A DNA stretch of 63,286 bases, filler included. It is 7 parts of 7 records of this genome, joined end to end, with 100 filler letters (N's around TTAATTAATTAA, not from the genome) between each part and the next. Parts side by side here need not be neighbours in the genome. Positions count along the whole stretch, not along the records: positions 21,825 to 33,142 come from SRR31156797_28182; positions 33,243 to 48,612 come from SRR31156797_28205; 5 more parts are not named here. One strand, written 5' to 3'. Positions 27,988 through 38,853 of the stretch are shown piece by piece (the stretch's first letter is position 1; every line of letters starts with the position of its first letter). Made by a program: the position numbers and the translations under genes. The notes under the pieces are model-generated. The model saw only the letters and a program-made list of their open reading frames with translations. It was not told the origin of the DNA and made no database searches.

Positions 27988-29064
27988 CTACGGAACCAGC
28001 ACCACCTTCAAAGACCCCTCGCCCTTACCGGCCAGTTCGAAGGCCTTCTTGTACTCCTCCAGAGGAAGGGTATGGGTCACAACGCCCTGGGTGGGGAGCT
28101 TCCCGTTTCCGATCCACTCGGTTACAGGTTCATAGCAAAAGGGGCTCAGATGGGCGCCGAAGAGGTCCAGTTCTTTCGTATCGCTGATAATGCTCCAGTC
28201 CACCTTCGTCAGATCGCCGAATACGGAGAACTCCACAAAGGTTCCCATCTTCCGGATGGCCTCCAGCCCCTGCTGGACGCTGGAGGGATGCCCGGTGGCC
28301 TCAATGTAAACATCGCAGCCGTAGCCTTCGGTCATCTCGCGGATCTTCGTTATCACATCTTCCCTGGAGGGATTCATAACCACATCGGCACCGAATTTCC
28401 TGGCCAGCTCCAGTCGATCGTCTTTCATGTCCAGCACGATCAGGCACTTAGGATTTTTCAACTTGATGGCGCCCACCATTCCCAGTCCCAGGGTACCGGC
28501 GCCGGAAAGGACGACCACGTCTTCATTGCCGATGTTTCCCCGGTCGACCGCATGCTTGGAACAGGCATAGGGCTCTATCAGGATGGCGTCTTCCATGGGA
28601 ATGTCCTTGGGGACCTTGTAATTCAGGGCTTCCTTGGGGAACTTCATGTACTCGGCCATACCGCCATTTACATTGTTCTGGAATCCGTAAACATCATGCT
28701 TTTCGCACATCCAGTGGCGGCCGGTCTTACAGAACTTACACTCCCAGCAGGGAACGATCTGCTCGGAGATCACCCTGTCGCCGATCCGGAAATCACCTTT
28801 GACATTCTTGCCCATCTCTACGATCTCACCCAGGAATTCATGCCCCGGGATAACGGGTCCCTTGATATAGGGGGGAGTTCCGTCTCCGCCCCAGAAACGG
28901 GAGGCTCCGTGCTCGGCCTTCACATCCCCCGCGCAGACACCGCAGGCCTCTACTTTTATGACGATCTCACCCTCGCCCGCTCTGGGAACGGGCACCTCTT
29001 CCAGGCGGTAGTCCCTGGGAGCGTGGGCTACGACGGCCTTCATTGTTTTCGGTAAATCACTCAT
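27988..29064 (-). CDS. Zn-dependent polyol dehydrogenase resembling erythritol/L-threitol dehydrogenase (EltD-like)
   Basis: CAGDVK, RFWGG, PGHEF, EQIVPCWECKFC..C, VDWSIISDTKELD; these segments match EltD-type enzymes as I recall them. Confidence 0.85.
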   Translation of the reverse strand: MSDLPKTMKAVVAHAPRDYRLEEVPVPRAGEGEIVIKVEACGVCAGDVKAEHGASRFWGGDGTPPYIKGPVIPGHEFLGEIVEMGKNVKGDFRIGDRVISEQIVPCWECKFCKTGRHWMCEKHDVYGFQNNVNGGMAEYMKFPKEALNYKVPKDIPMEDAILIEPYACSKHAVDRGNIGNEDVVVLSGAGTLGLGMVGAIKLKNPKCLIVLDMKDDRLELARKFGADVVMNPSREDVITKIREMTEGYGCDVYIEATGHPSSVQQGLEAIRKMGTFVEFSVFGDLTKVDWSIISDTKELDLFGAHLSPFCYEPVTEWIGNGKLPTQGVVTHTLPLEEYKKAFELAGKGEGSLKVVLVP

Positions 29065-29089
29065 ACTATTCTCTCCTCATTATTTTGTT

Positions 29090-30202
29090 TCAAGGTCTGA
29101 TTTTATCTCCGGTATGGAGATCGAAAAGGTGGGTCTTCTCAGAGAGGAACTCCAGCTTGATCGTATCCCCGGGACGATAGAAGATTTTCTCGGTCGTGAT
29201 CAGTGTCAGATACTCTTCGCCCACGCGGAAATGGAGACGGCGCTCTTCCCCCAATCCCTCGAATACGGCGACCTCCACATCCGATCCCCTGCTCTCTTTA
29301 CTGCCGATCAGGACGTCGGTGGGACGGACCCCCAGACGGACCTTCATACCGTCATGAAGAACCTTGTTGTATCGCTCGGGAACGGGAACCGTCAGAATCT
29401 CGTCGGCAAAGACGAAAAGGAAATCGTTTCCCGCCTGCCTGATCGTTACGGTCAGCAGATTCATGGGAGGCTCGCCGATGAATCCGGCGACAAACTCATT
29501 GGCCGGGTCATCATAGATCTCCAGGGGCGTTCCGAACTGCTGCAGGACGCCGTCCTTCATAATCGCCATTCTGTCCGACAGGGACATGGCTTCCAGCTGG
29601 TCGTGGGTAACGATGATGGTCGTGCAGTTGATCTGCTTGTGAAGGCGCTTGATCTCGTCCCTCAATACCTGGCGCATCTTGCCGTCCAGATGGGAGAGGG
29701 GTTCATCGAGGAGCAGAAGCTTGGGCTCCCGGACGATGGCCCGTGCGATGTTGACTCTCTGCTTCTGCCCGCCGCTCAGACTGACCGGCTTCTCTTTCAA
29801 CAGATCATCCACCTTCAGAAGGGGGGCGATCTGGTTCACCCGTTCGGAAATGGTCGCCTCGGGCACCTTCTTGGCCCTCAGATTGAAGGCGATGTTGTCG
29901 TAAACATTCAAAGGGGGATAGAGGGCGTAATCCTCGAAGGCCAGGCCGATATGCCTGTCTTTGGGCTCCAGCTTGTTCAGTCTGGTATCGCCGATATAGA
30001 TATCGCCCCTGGTAATATCCTCCAGACCGGCGATCATTCTCAAGGTAGTGGTTTTCCCGCAGCCCGAAGGCCCCAGGATCCCGATGAACTCCCCTTCCCT
30101 GCAACGCAGTGACAGGTCATTGACGGCATAGTCGTTCACGACCTTGGACTTCTTTTTGTTTTCATAGCGCTTGAACAGCTTTTCAAGAATAAGGTCAGGC
30201 AT
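29090..30202 (-). CDS. Sugar ABC transporter ATP-binding protein (MalK-like)
   Basis: GPSGCGKTT, LSGGQKQR, LLLDEP, VTHDQ, TOBE tail. Confidence 0.92.
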   Translation of the reverse strand: MPDLILEKLFKRYENKKKSKVVNDYAVNDLSLRCREGEFIGILGPSGCGKTTTLRMIAGLEDITRGDIYIGDTRLNKLEPKDRHIGLAFEDYALYPPLNVYDNIAFNLRAKKVPEATISERVNQIAPLLKVDDLLKEKPVSLSGGQKQRVNIARAIVREPKLLLLDEPLSHLDGKMRQVLRDEIKRLHKQINCTTIIVTHDQLEAMSLSDRMAIMKDGVLQQFGTPLEIYDDPANEFVAGFIGEPPMNLLTVTIRQAGNDFLFVFADEILTVPVPERYNKVLHDGMKVRLGVRPTDVLIGSKESRGSDVEVAVFEGLGEERRLHFRVGEEYLTLITTEKIFYRPGDTIKLEFLSEKTHLFDLHTGDKIRP

Positions 30203-31340
30203 GAGTCCCCTCCTTTACAAGTTTCTCCTGATTGTGTCTGATCAGAAAGTTTTCACTCTCCCCGTCGAAGAAGATGATGTCGGTGAAATCAAGGTCGACA
30301 TAGATTTCGGCGTCCATCTCCACGTCGTAGTTATTGGAAACGATGATGCGGATTTTCTGCCCCCCCAGGTCGGCGGTCAGGATGGACCTGTTGCCGATGG
30401 GTTCCAGAACATACACGGAACCCTTTATGGATTTATCATCCCTCCGTGCCTTGCTGCAGTGGACGTCGTTGCCCCGGACTCCCAGGTTTACATTTTCAAT
30501 GGAGTTTCTTCTAAAAAAATCAGCCACATCCTCCGGCAGCTCATACAGATGGTTCTGACGGGCCAGCTTGACCCTGACAGAACTTTCGTCGCGGATGATT
30601 TCAGCGGGGATGATATTGATCTCCGGCTCGCCCATCAGTCCTGCGACGAACTGGTTGCAGGGGGTGTAAAAGAGCTCTTCCCCCGTACCGATCTGAACGA
30701 TCCGGCCATCGTTGATGATGGCGATCCGGTCTCCCAGGCTCAGGGCCTCCATATAGTCATGGGTCACATAGATGGTCGTCGTGTCAAAGGAAGCCTGCAT
30801 CTCCTTGAGCTCGGCGCGCATAAAGTGGCGCAGCTTGGCATCCAGATGGGCCAGCGGCTCGTCCATAAGGAAGACGTTCGGTTTCCGTACCAGGCAGCGC
30901 CCCAGGGCCACGCGCTGTCTCTGTCCATTGCTGAGCTGGGAGGGAAGACGATCCCAGAGCTGGTCAATCTTCATCTTTCTGGTGATATCCAGAATCGCGT
31001 CGTGGATGTACTTTTCATCCTCCCTGTAGAGGGAACTCCGCATGGGAGAAGCGATGTTGTCGTATACGGACAGATGCGGATAAAGGGCGTAGTTTTCGAA
31101 TACCATGGAGACATTCCGGTTGGCGGGAGGAACGACGTTCACGATATCGTCATTGATCTTCACCAGCCCCTCATCGGGAAACTCCAGGCCGGCTATCATC
31201 TTCAGGGTCGTCGTCTTGCCCGCCCCCGCGGGGCCGAAGAGCACCAGAAACTCTTTGTCTTTCACCGTCAGGTCCACTTCGCTGAGGGCCTCATTTCCGT
31301 GATAAGATTTCGTCAAGTTATTCAATTCAATTTGAGCCAT
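30195..31340 (-). CDS. Sugar ABC transporter ATP-binding protein (second ATPase)
   Basis: GPAGAGKTT, LSNGQRQR, FLMDEP, VTHDY. Confidence 0.92.
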   Translation of the reverse strand: MAQIELNNLTKSYHGNEALSEVDLTVKDKEFLVLFGPAGAGKTTTLKMIAGLEFPDEGLVKINDDIVNVVPPANRNVSMVFENYALYPHLSVYDNIASPMRSSLYREDEKYIHDAILDITRKMKIDQLWDRLPSQLSNGQRQRVALGRCLVRKPNVFLMDEPLAHLDAKLRHFMRAELKEMQASFDTTTIYVTHDYMEALSLGDRIAIINDGRIVQIGTGEELFYTPCNQFVAGLMGEPEINIIPAEIIRDESSVRVKLARQNHLYELPEDVADFFRRNSIENVNLGVRGNDVHCSKARRDDKSIKGSVYVLEPIGNRSILTADLGGQKIRIIVSNNYDVEMDAEIYVDLDFTDIIFFDGESENFLIRHNQEKLVKEGTHA

Positions 31341-31355
31341 CGATCATTCTCCTCA

Positions 31356-32183
31356 TTAACCTTTGACGGCGCCGAAGCTGAGGCCCCGGACAAGATGCTT
31401 CTGTATCAGAAGCGCCAGCACGACCTCGGGAAGGGCCGCGACCGTTGCGGCAACGGCCATCTGACCGTAATGCACCGTATCGGATGCAATGTACTTCAGG
31501 GATGCCACAGTCACGGTCTCAACGTTGAAACTGGTCAGCAGCAGAGGGAAGGTGAAACTGTTCCAGGCGAAGATAAACGCCAGCAGAGCTGAGGAAACCA
31601 GCCCCGGCTTGATCAGGGGAAGCAGCATCTTATAGAAGATCTCCCACCATCTGTATCCGTCCAGGCGGGCCGCCTGCTCGATCTCGACGGAGATGTCTTC
31701 AAAGTATCCCCGGACGACCCACACCAGCAGGGGCATGGTGATCAGCTGGTACACCCAGATCAGTCCCAGATAGGAGTCATAGATTCCCAGCTTCTGATAG
31801 ATCATGAACAGGGGCAGGATAACCAGGATCTCCGGCGCGAACTTGAAGGAAAGAATGGTAAACGCCAGGTCTTCCTTCTTCTTGAAATCAAAGCGCGCCA
31901 GGGCGTACGCCGCGGGGACGCCGGCCAGAACGGAAACGATAACGGCGCCGGCGCTGACAATGATATTGTCCAGGAAGGCGCTGAAGTAGTTCGTTTCAAA
32001 CAGAACGGCTCTGTAGTTTTCAAAGGTAGGATGAAAGATGAAAGTCGTGTTAAATACCTCCGCGTCACTCTTGAAGGTAATCAGAACCATCCAGAAGATG
32101 GGAAAGAGGGCGAAAAGAGCCCACAGGGCAAGCAGGAAATTGCGAACTACCTTGCCCGTGTATTGCAGTCGTTCAGTTGTCAT
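31356..32183 (-). CDS. Carbohydrate ABC transporter permease (MalG-like)
   Basis: Six TM segments, EQAARLDG EAA loop. Confidence 0.92.
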   Translation of the reverse strand: MTTERLQYTGKVVRNFLLALWALFALFPIFWMVLITFKSDAEVFNTTFIFHPTFENYRAVLFETNYFSAFLDNIIVSAGAVIVSVLAGVPAAYALARFDFKKKEDLAFTILSFKFAPEILVILPLFMIYQKLGIYDSYLGLIWVYQLITMPLLVWVVRGYFEDISVEIEQAARLDGYRWWEIFYKMLLPLIKPGLVSSALLAFIFAWNSFTFPLLLTSFNVETVTVASLKYIASDTVHYGQMAVAATVAALPEVVLALLIQKHLVRGLSFGAVKG

Positions 32184-32194
32184 GGATGTCTCCT

Positions 32195-33103
32195 TTACTC
32201 AATCTCGCCGGAGGCTTTCTTCTGGGTCAGCAGATAGTCGCCGACCAGTTTCTTACTGATGAAGTAGATGATCACCCACAGCACCAGCACGAAGGGGAGA
32301 GACTCTCCGAACTTCAGGAAGGCGAATCCCTTGTTGTATCCCGACAGGGACAGATTCATCAGCGTGTTCCCCGGCCCGCCCTTGGTGAGAGCGAATATGA
32401 TAGCGAACTCCTGCAACGCCGCCATCAGCCTGAAGATCAGGGCGATATACATAAAGGGCTTCAGCATGGGAAGGGTCAGAGTCTTGAAGGTGAACCAGGC
32501 CGAACCGCCGTCGACGCGGGCCGCTTCGAAGGGCGACTTGGGCAGGGATTGAATGCCCGCCGACACCAGAACGATGACGAAGGGGGCGTATACCCAGGTA
32601 TCGATCATGGCCGCTGTGAAAAGGGCCGTATGGGACGAGGCCGCCCAGGGGAAGCCGTAGAGGCCGAAGAGGTTCAGAAATTTCTCCAGGATACCTACCG
32701 ATGTGTTCGTCATCAGCTGCCAGATCAGCGTGGCGATAACCGGAGCTATCATCAGGGGAAAAATCAGGACGACCTTCAGAATCCTGGTGAACCAGTTCTC
32801 CCTGTTCAGAAGAAGGGCGACCCCGAGCCCCAAAAGCATCTGGGGAATCGTCGTTGCCGCAGCATATTTAAACGTAACCAGCAGGGCATGCCAGAAATCG
32901 ACACTGGTCAGCATGTATTTCCAGTTTCTCAGTCCGATAAACTTCCAGGTGGGGTTCCTGAAAGAGTAGTTCGTCATGGAATAAAAGACGGCGCTTGCAA
33001 ACGGGTACAGAATACCGATCGTGATAAGAAGACAGGGCGCCATGATAAAATAGGGACGTGCTTTCACGGTCCAATGCACCTTCGTCAAGCTGGTATTCGT
33101 CAT
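32195..33103 (-). CDS. Carbohydrate ABC transporter permease (MalF-like)
   Basis: TM segments, FEAARVDG EAA loop, TKGGPG. Confidence 0.92.
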   Translation of the reverse strand: MTNTSLTKVHWTVKARPYFIMAPCLLITIGILYPFASAVFYSMTNYSFRNPTWKFIGLRNWKYMLTSVDFWHALLVTFKYAAATTIPQMLLGLGVALLLNRENWFTRILKVVLIFPLMIAPVIATLIWQLMTNTSVGILEKFLNLFGLYGFPWAASSHTALFTAAMIDTWVYAPFVIVLVSAGIQSLPKSPFEAARVDGGSAWFTFKTLTLPMLKPFMYIALIFRLMAALQEFAIIFALTKGGPGNTLMNLSLSGYNKGFAFLKFGESLPFVLVLWVIIYFISKKLVGDYLLTQKKASGEIE

Positions 33104-33142
33104 CTCTGTCTTCCCAGCCTTAAGGCTATTTTCGCTAATAAT

Positions 33143-33242
33143 NNNNNNNNNNNNNNNNNNNNNNNNNNNNNNNNNNNNNNNNNNNNTTAATTAATTAANN
33201 NNNNNNNNNNNNNNNNNNNNNNNNNNNNNNNNNNNNNNNNNN
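33143..33242. other. Artificial contig linker
   Basis: N-run with TTAATTAATTAA. Confidence 0.97.
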
Positions 33243-34280
33243 TTCCATTTCACGATAAACATCAATCTCATATCCTGTTAACTGACTAGCCAGTTTAATG
33301 TTCAGTCCGCCTTTTCCAATAGCTAAACTTACTTCTTCAGGACGCAGATAAACCTGGGCTCTTTTATCCTCTTCAAATACTTTGATGCTGTTAATCTTAG
33401 CAGGATTCAACGCACGCTGAATAAACAACTGTACATTGGCTGTATAATTAATCACATCAATATTTTCGTTTCTTAACTCACGAACAATTCCATGAATTCT
33501 AGATCCTTTCATACCAACACAAGCTCCTACCGGATCGATTCTTTCATCGTAAGATTCAACCGCTACTTTCGCTCTTTCTCCAGGTACACGAACAATCTTT
33601 TTAATAGTAATTAAACCATCAAAAATTTCAGGAACCTCTAACTCAAATAATCTTTCCAAGAAAACCGGAGAAGTTCTTGAAACAATAATCAATGGATTGT
33701 TATTTCTAATCTCCACTTTAACTACTGCAGCTCTCAGGTTATCTCCTTTACGGAAAAAGTCAGATGGAATTTGTTCTGCTTTTGGTAAAATCAGTTCATT
33801 ACCTTCATCATCCTGAATAAGAATTTCTCTTTTCCAGATTTGATATACTTCACCGGTAATAATTTCACCAATTCTATCTTTATATTTATGATAAATATTA
33901 TCTTTCTCTAATTCCAGAATACGTGCAGAAAGATTCTGACGTAAACTTAAAATAGCTCGACGTCCAAAATCAAGAAAACGAACTTCATCAGTAACTTCTT
34001 CTCCTACCTCATAATCCTCATCTATTTTTTTAGCATCACTCAATGAAATCTGCAGGTTATCATCCTCTAACTCATCATCCTCTACAATTTCACGGTTACG
34101 CCAAATCTCAAAGTCCCCTTTGTCGGTGTTAATAATAACATCGAAATTTTCGTCTGTTCCGAAACGTTTAATTAAAACGCTTCTAAAAGAGTCTTCGAGC
34201 ACTCTTATCATCGTTGCTCTATCAATGCTCTTTAGCTCTTTAAACTCCGAAAAAGTATCAATTAAATTAATGTTTTCCAT
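33243..34280 (-). CDS. nusA: Transcription termination/antitermination factor NusA, 3' partial
   Basis: LFELEVPEIFDG, DPVGACVGMKGSRI, LAIGKGGLNIKLA. Confidence 0.96.
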
Positions 34281-34301
34281 GACTTTATATTTGCCGGCTC
34301 G

Positions 34302-34766
34302 TTAAAACGAAACTATTACTTTTACCGATTTAACCTCGTCGAACTTAAAACTATGATTAAATACTTTCAATTCCTTTTTTTTCTTTCCCTCGATTTTAAC
34401 CTTTTTTTCCTCCTTCACTTCAAAAGATTCATCGTTTACTGCAACTAACTCACCTTTAAATGGCACTGCATCAAATGGTACAATTTCTACTTCTCTACCA
34501 ATGTTTTTACGGTATTGATTTACCACTTTTAAAGCCTGTCCTAAACCCGGTGTTGAAACTTCAAGCTCAAAATCTTCTTCTTCCCTGTCAAACGAAGATT
34601 CAATTAAGCGACTTATCTGAATACAGTAATCGATCCCTATCCCATTCATGCTATCAATCAGTACAACAATTTTATTGGTGGTAGATACTTTTACCTCCAC
34701 AACAAAACAGTCATCTGCTTTTACTTTTTCTTCTATTATATCCAGTACCTTTTGCTTACTAATCAT
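34302..34766 (-). CDS. rimP: Ribosome maturation factor RimP
   Basis: IDYCIQISR, FELEVSTPG, QYRKNIGR; lies upstream of nusA; start ATG 34766. Confidence 0.93.
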   Translation of the reverse strand: MISKQKVLDIIEEKVKADDCFVVEVKVSTTNKIVVLIDSMNGIGIDYCIQISRLIESSFDREEEDFELEVSTPGLGQALKVVNQYRKNIGREVEIVPFDAVPFKGELVAVNDESFEVKEEKKVKIEGKKKKELKVFNHSFKFDEVKSVKVIVSF

Positions 34767-34777
34767 CGCTTTATAGT

Positions 34778-34806
34778 AATAAAATAGGGGACATCTGCCC
34801 CCTATC
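34778..34806 (-). promoter_or_regulatory. rimP leader hairpin (terminator-like)
   Basis: Minus strand ATAGGGGGC-AGAT-GTCCCCTAT followed by TTTATT, between a Bacteroidota -7 promoter (TATCTTTG, 34833-34840) and the rimP start. Confidence 0.6.
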
Positions 34807-34998
34807 ATAAAGATATTTAGTTAAAACCGCTGCAAAGATAACTATAATGCTTTTAATATGCAAGGTTAAAAATGGCACCTTTCAATCACTATTCTATGTA
34901 TGATTTTATCTTTTTCGGAAATACCAAGCAGCATTCCTTATCATTTCTAGCTTAAAGTTCTATATTGCAACTTGTAAATTAATATGACATTGTAAAAA

Positions 34999-36264
34999 GT
35001 GAAGAGAGATTACGTTTTTAATAAACTTAAAATTATTAATGATCCGGTTTATGGCTTTGTAAAAATTCCATTCGACCTTATCTATGATTTACTGCAGCAT
35101 AGATACTTTCAAAGATTAAGGGGAATTAAACAATTGGGCTTGACCTCGATGGTTTATCCGGGAGCCATGCATAACCGTTTTCAACACGCTGTTGGAGCCA
35201 TGCACCTAATGTCGTCTGCAGTGGCTGTATTACAATCCAAAGGAATTGAAATTACCGAAGAAGAATCTCAAGCTGTTCATATTGCCATTTTATTGCATGA
35301 TATAGGACATGGTCCATTTTCTCATGTATTGGAACACACCGTAGTAGAAGGAATTTCTCATGAAGAAATTTCCGTATTGTTTATGGAAAAGCTGAATCTT
35401 GAATTTGATGGTCAACTGAATTTAGCTATTGAGATTTTTAAAAATAATTACCCTAAAAAATTTCTTCATCAGCTAGTCAGCAGTCAGCTGGATATGGATC
35501 GCCTGGATTATTTGCGTAGAGACAGTTTTTTTACCGGAGTAACAGAAGGCGTTATTGGTTCCGACAGGATTATTAAGATGCTTCATGTATACAACGATCA
35601 GTTGGTAGTAGAATCCAAAGGTATCTACTCCATCGAAAAATTTTTAATCGCACGAAGGCTGATGTACTGGCAGGTGTACCTTCATAAAACGGCTATTGTT
35701 GCAGAAAAGATGCTGGTAAATGTACTTAATCGGGCTAAGTACTTAAAGAATCAGGGAGTAGATATTTTTGCAACACCGAACTTGCTTTATTTCCTGTCGA
35801 ACAATGCCAATTTAGATGATTTTAAAAACGATGATTCTGTTTTAGAGAAGTTCTCTACACTGGATGATGGAGATATTATGTCGGCTATTAAAGTCTGGAC
35901 TTCGCATGATGATTTTGTTTTATCAACCCTGGCCAAATCGATAATCAATCGCGACTTGCTTCATATTGTATTGCAAAAAGACAACTTTGATAAGCAAAAA
36001 ATTAAGAAGATTAAAACTAAGGTAAGCGAAGAATTAGAACTTCACAAAAAGGATATTGCCTATTTTGTAAGTACAGATACCATTGAAAACCACGCATACA
36101 GCTTAACCGATGAGAAAATAAACATCCTTTTTTCAGGAGGAGTGCTCGAAGACGTATCTAAAGCTTCCGATATTCTAAACCTATCTGTACTGAGTAAAAA
36201 TGTAAAGAAGAATGTATTAATCTACCCTAAATCCATTCATAAATGGGTAAGTGAACTGAACTAG
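34999..36264 (+). CDS. HD-domain phosphohydrolase (SAMHD1/dNTPase-like)
   Basis: FQRLRGIKQLG, HNRFQHAVG, LLHDIGHGPFSH, LDMDRLDYLRRD. Confidence 0.92.
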   Translation: MKRDYVFNKLKIINDPVYGFVKIPFDLIYDLLQHRYFQRLRGIKQLGLTSMVYPGAMHNRFQHAVGAMHLMSSAVAVLQSKGIEITEEESQAVHIAILLHDIGHGPFSHVLEHTVVEGISHEEISVLFMEKLNLEFDGQLNLAIEIFKNNYPKKFLHQLVSSQLDMDRLDYLRRDSFFTGVTEGVIGSDRIIKMLHVYNDQLVVESKGIYSIEKFLIARRLMYWQVYLHKTAIVAEKMLVNVLNRAKYLKNQGVDIFATPNLLYFLSNNANLDDFKNDDSVLEKFSTLDDGDIMSAIKVWTSHDDFVLSTLAKSIINRDLLHIVLQKDNFDKQKIKKIKTKVSEELELHKKDIAYFVSTDTIENHAYSLTDEKINILFSGGVLEDVSKASDILNLSVLSKNVKKNVLIYPKSIHKWVSELN

Positions 36265-36357
36265 CTTCATCATTGTAATTACAAGTATATTATACAGTTG
36301 TAAATAAACTCAAAAAAATCACTTCATGTTTAATAGGATGAATGAGGATAATATTAT

Positions 36358-36365
36358 TAGATTTG
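36358..36365 (+). promoter_or_regulatory. Bacteroidota -7 promoter element upstream of lpxD
   Basis: TAGATTTG matches TAnnTTTG. Confidence 0.55.
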
Positions 36366-36381
36366 CACCAAATTTTTCAAA

Positions 36382-37419
36382 ATGGAATTCTCGGCGAAAC
36401 AAATTGCAGAATTAATCAATGGGGATATTGTTGGTAATCCCGAAACAACAATTAATAATGTTTCAAAAATTGAAGATGGTCAACCTAATACCATCACATT
36501 TTTATCTAATCCAAAGTACACCAACTACATATATGACACCAAAGCTTCAATTGTCATTGTAAACAAAACATTTGTACCGGAAAAAGAAGTAAGTGCTACT
36601 ATGATTAAAGTAGACGATGCTTATGTTTCTGTAGCTAAACTTATGCAAATGTACAATGATATGAAGCCTCGTAAAACAGGAATTGAACAACCCTCTTTTA
36701 TTTCCGAATCAGCTTCATTGGGTGAATTTCCATATATAGGCGCATTTGCCTACGTAGGCGATAATGCTAAAATCGGAAACAATGTGAGCATTTACCCAAA
36801 TACTTATATTGGAGATAATGTGAGCATTGGTGACAATTGCATTATTTATGCTGGAGTTAAAATTTATAACGATTGTGTTATAGGTAACAATTGCATCCTA
36901 CATGCAGGCTGTGTTGTTGGATCGGATGGTTTTGGGTTTGCTCCTGGAGAAAACGGCGAATACACTAAAATCCCACAAATGGGTAATGTGGTTTTAGAAG
37001 ACAATGTTGAAGTTGGAGCTAATACCACACTGGATCGTGCCACTATGGGGTCAACAATCCTTAAAAGAGGTGTTAAGCTGGATAACCTGGTACAAATTGC
37101 ACACAATGCTGAAATTGGTGACAATACAGTTATCGCTGCTGTTTCTGGTATTGCCGGCTCTACGGTTATTGGTAAAAACTGTATGTTCGGTGGACACACC
37201 GGAGTTATTGGCCACCTAAAAGTTGCCGATGGTGTTAAAATGGGTGCTTACACCGGAATCGCAGGTAATATTAAAGAAGAGGGCGTTACTTTACGAGGTA
37301 CACCAGCTTTCGACGCAGGAAAATATGCACGCTCCTGGGTTATCGTTAAAAGACTACCTGAACTGGCAAAAGAGGTACAGGAGTTAAAGAAAGAAATTAA
37401 AACTTTAAAAGGAGAATAA
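36382..37419 (+). CDS. lpxD: UDP-3-O-(3-hydroxyacyl)glucosamine N-acyltransferase
   Basis: [16 protein letters not shown], hexapeptide repeats, [11 protein letters not shown]. Confidence 0.95.
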   Translation: MEFSAKQIAELINGDIVGNPETTINNVSKIEDGQPNTITFLSNPKYTNYIYDTKASIVIVNKTFVPEKEVSATMIKVDDAYVSVAKLMQMYNDMKPRKTGIEQPSFISESASLGEFPYIGAFAYVGDNAKIGNNVSIYPNTYIGDNVSIGDNCIIYAGVKIYNDCVIGNNCILHAGCVVGSDGFGFAPGENGEYTKIPQMGNVVLEDNVEVGANTTLDRATMGSTILKRGVKLDNLVQIAHNAEIGDNTVIAAVSGIAGSTVIGKNCMFGGHTGVIGHLKVADGVKMGAYTGIAGNIKEEGVTLRGTPAFDAGKYARSWVIVKRLPELAKEVQELKKEIKTLKGE

Positions 37420-37452
37420 CTACCCATTCTTTATTGAGTAGAAAATTTTGAC

Positions 37453-38853
37453 ATGGTAGAAAAACAAAATACACTGGCAGATAAAGCAATTCTGAAAGGT
37501 ACAGGATTGCATACCGGAGCGATGGTTAATTTAGTTTTAAACCCTGCTCCTGAAAATCACGGATATAAGTTTAAAAGAACAGATCTTGAAGGGCAACCCG
37601 TAATTGACGCTTATGCAGAAAACGTTACTTACACCCAAAGAGGTACTGTATTACAAAAGAAAGAAGCTTCTGTTAGTACTATCGAGCACTGTTTGGCAGC
37701 ACTAAGAGGTTTAGGTGTTGACAATTGCTTAATTGAAGTAGATGGCCCAGAAGTACCCATTCTTGACGGAAGCGCAAAATACTTTATCGATGCCATTAAA
37801 AAGGTTGGCATTACCGAACAAGAGGCAGACCGAAAGTACTTTGTGGTTAAAGAAAAAATGGTTTTCGAAGACAAGGAAAAAGGCATTAAAATAGTTGCCT
37901 TACCTGATGATTCTTTTAGCGTGGATACCATGATTTCTTTTAAAAACTCTATTTTATTAGGCAGCCAATATGCTACGCTTGAAAAAATTGAGGACTTTGA
38001 AAAAGAAGTAAGTGCATGCCGTACTTTTGTGTTTCTACATGAGGTGGAAATGCTTATGGAGCACAACCTAATTAAAGGTGGTGACCTGGAAAATGCCATT
38101 GTTATTATTGATAGAGAAGTATCACAGGAAGAACTGGATCGTTTGGCTGATTTATTTCATCAACCAAGAGTTGCAGTTAAACCAATGGGAATTTTAAATA
38201 ACCTCGAGTTAGTTCATCACAATGAGCCTGCTCGTCATAAATTGCTTGATGTCGTTGGAGATCTTTGTTTGGCAGGACTTCCTATTAAAGGAAAAATCAT
38301 TGCTACTCGCCCTGGACACCAATCCAATGTGGAGTTTGCTAAAATGATTCGTACCGAAATCAAAAAGAGAGCAAACAAACCTGAAGTTCCGGAATATGAT
38401 CCTTGCAAAGAGCCAATTTGCGATATCAATAAAATCCGAAGCATGCTTCCTCATCGTTATCCTTTCTTGTTGGTTGATAAAATCATCGATTTAAAGGAGA
38501 ACTATGTGGTGGGAATTAAAAACATCACTTTAAACGAGCCATTTTTTCAGGGGCATTTCCCAACAGAACCTGTAATGCCAGGAGTTTTATTGGTAGAAGC
38601 TATGGCTCAGTGCGGAGGCATCTTTGTTTTAAACCAGGTAGAAGATCCGGAAAACTACTCTACTTATTTTATGAAATTAGACAATATTAAATTCCGTAAA
38701 AAAGTAGTTCCTGGTGATACTGTTATTTTCAAGCTGGATTTAATTACGCCAATTCGACGCGGTGTAGCCAATATGAAAGGGACTGCTTTTGTAGGAGATG
38801 CCGTGGTAGCAGAAGGCGAATTTATGGCCAATGTATCTAAAACAAAACAATAG
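37453..38853 (+). CDS. lpxC: Bifunctional LpxC/FabZ (Bacteroidota fusion)
   Basis: GTGLHTG, TIEHCLAA, RHKLLDVVGD (LpxC); LPHRYPFLLVD, FFQGHFP..MPGVL (FabZ). Confidence 0.95.
   Translation: MVEKQNTLADKAILKGTGLHTGAMVNLVLNPAPENHGYKFKRTDLEGQPVIDAYAENVTYTQRGTVLQKKEASVSTIEHCLAALRGLGVDNCLIEVDGPEVPILDGSAKYFIDAIKKVGITEQEADRKYFVVKEKMVFEDKEKGIKIVALPDDSFSVDTMISFKNSILLGSQYATLEKIEDFEKEVSACRTFVFLHEVEMLMEHNLIKGGDLENAIVIIDREVSQEELDRLADLFHQPRVAVKPMGILNNLELVHHNEPARHKLLDVVGDLCLAGLPIKGKIIATRPGHQSNVEFAKMIRTEIKKRANKPEVPEYDPCKEPICDINKIRSMLPHRYPFLLVDKIIDLKENYVVGIKNITLNEPFFQGHFPTEPVMPGVLLVEAMAQCGGIFVLNQVEDPENYSTYFMKLDNIKFRKKVVPGDTVIFKLDLITPIRRGVANMKGTAFVGDAVVAEGEFMANVSKTKQ

Noticed and set aside
22966-33190. Long plus-strand ORFs (e.g. 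22966-24180, 25248-26477, 27874-29055, 30171-31592)
   Set aside because: Antisense shadows of well-supported minus-strand genes in GC-rich sequence; no recognisable motifs.
37453-38853. LpxC-FabZ fusion as a novelty
   Set aside because: This fusion is standard in Bacteroidota.
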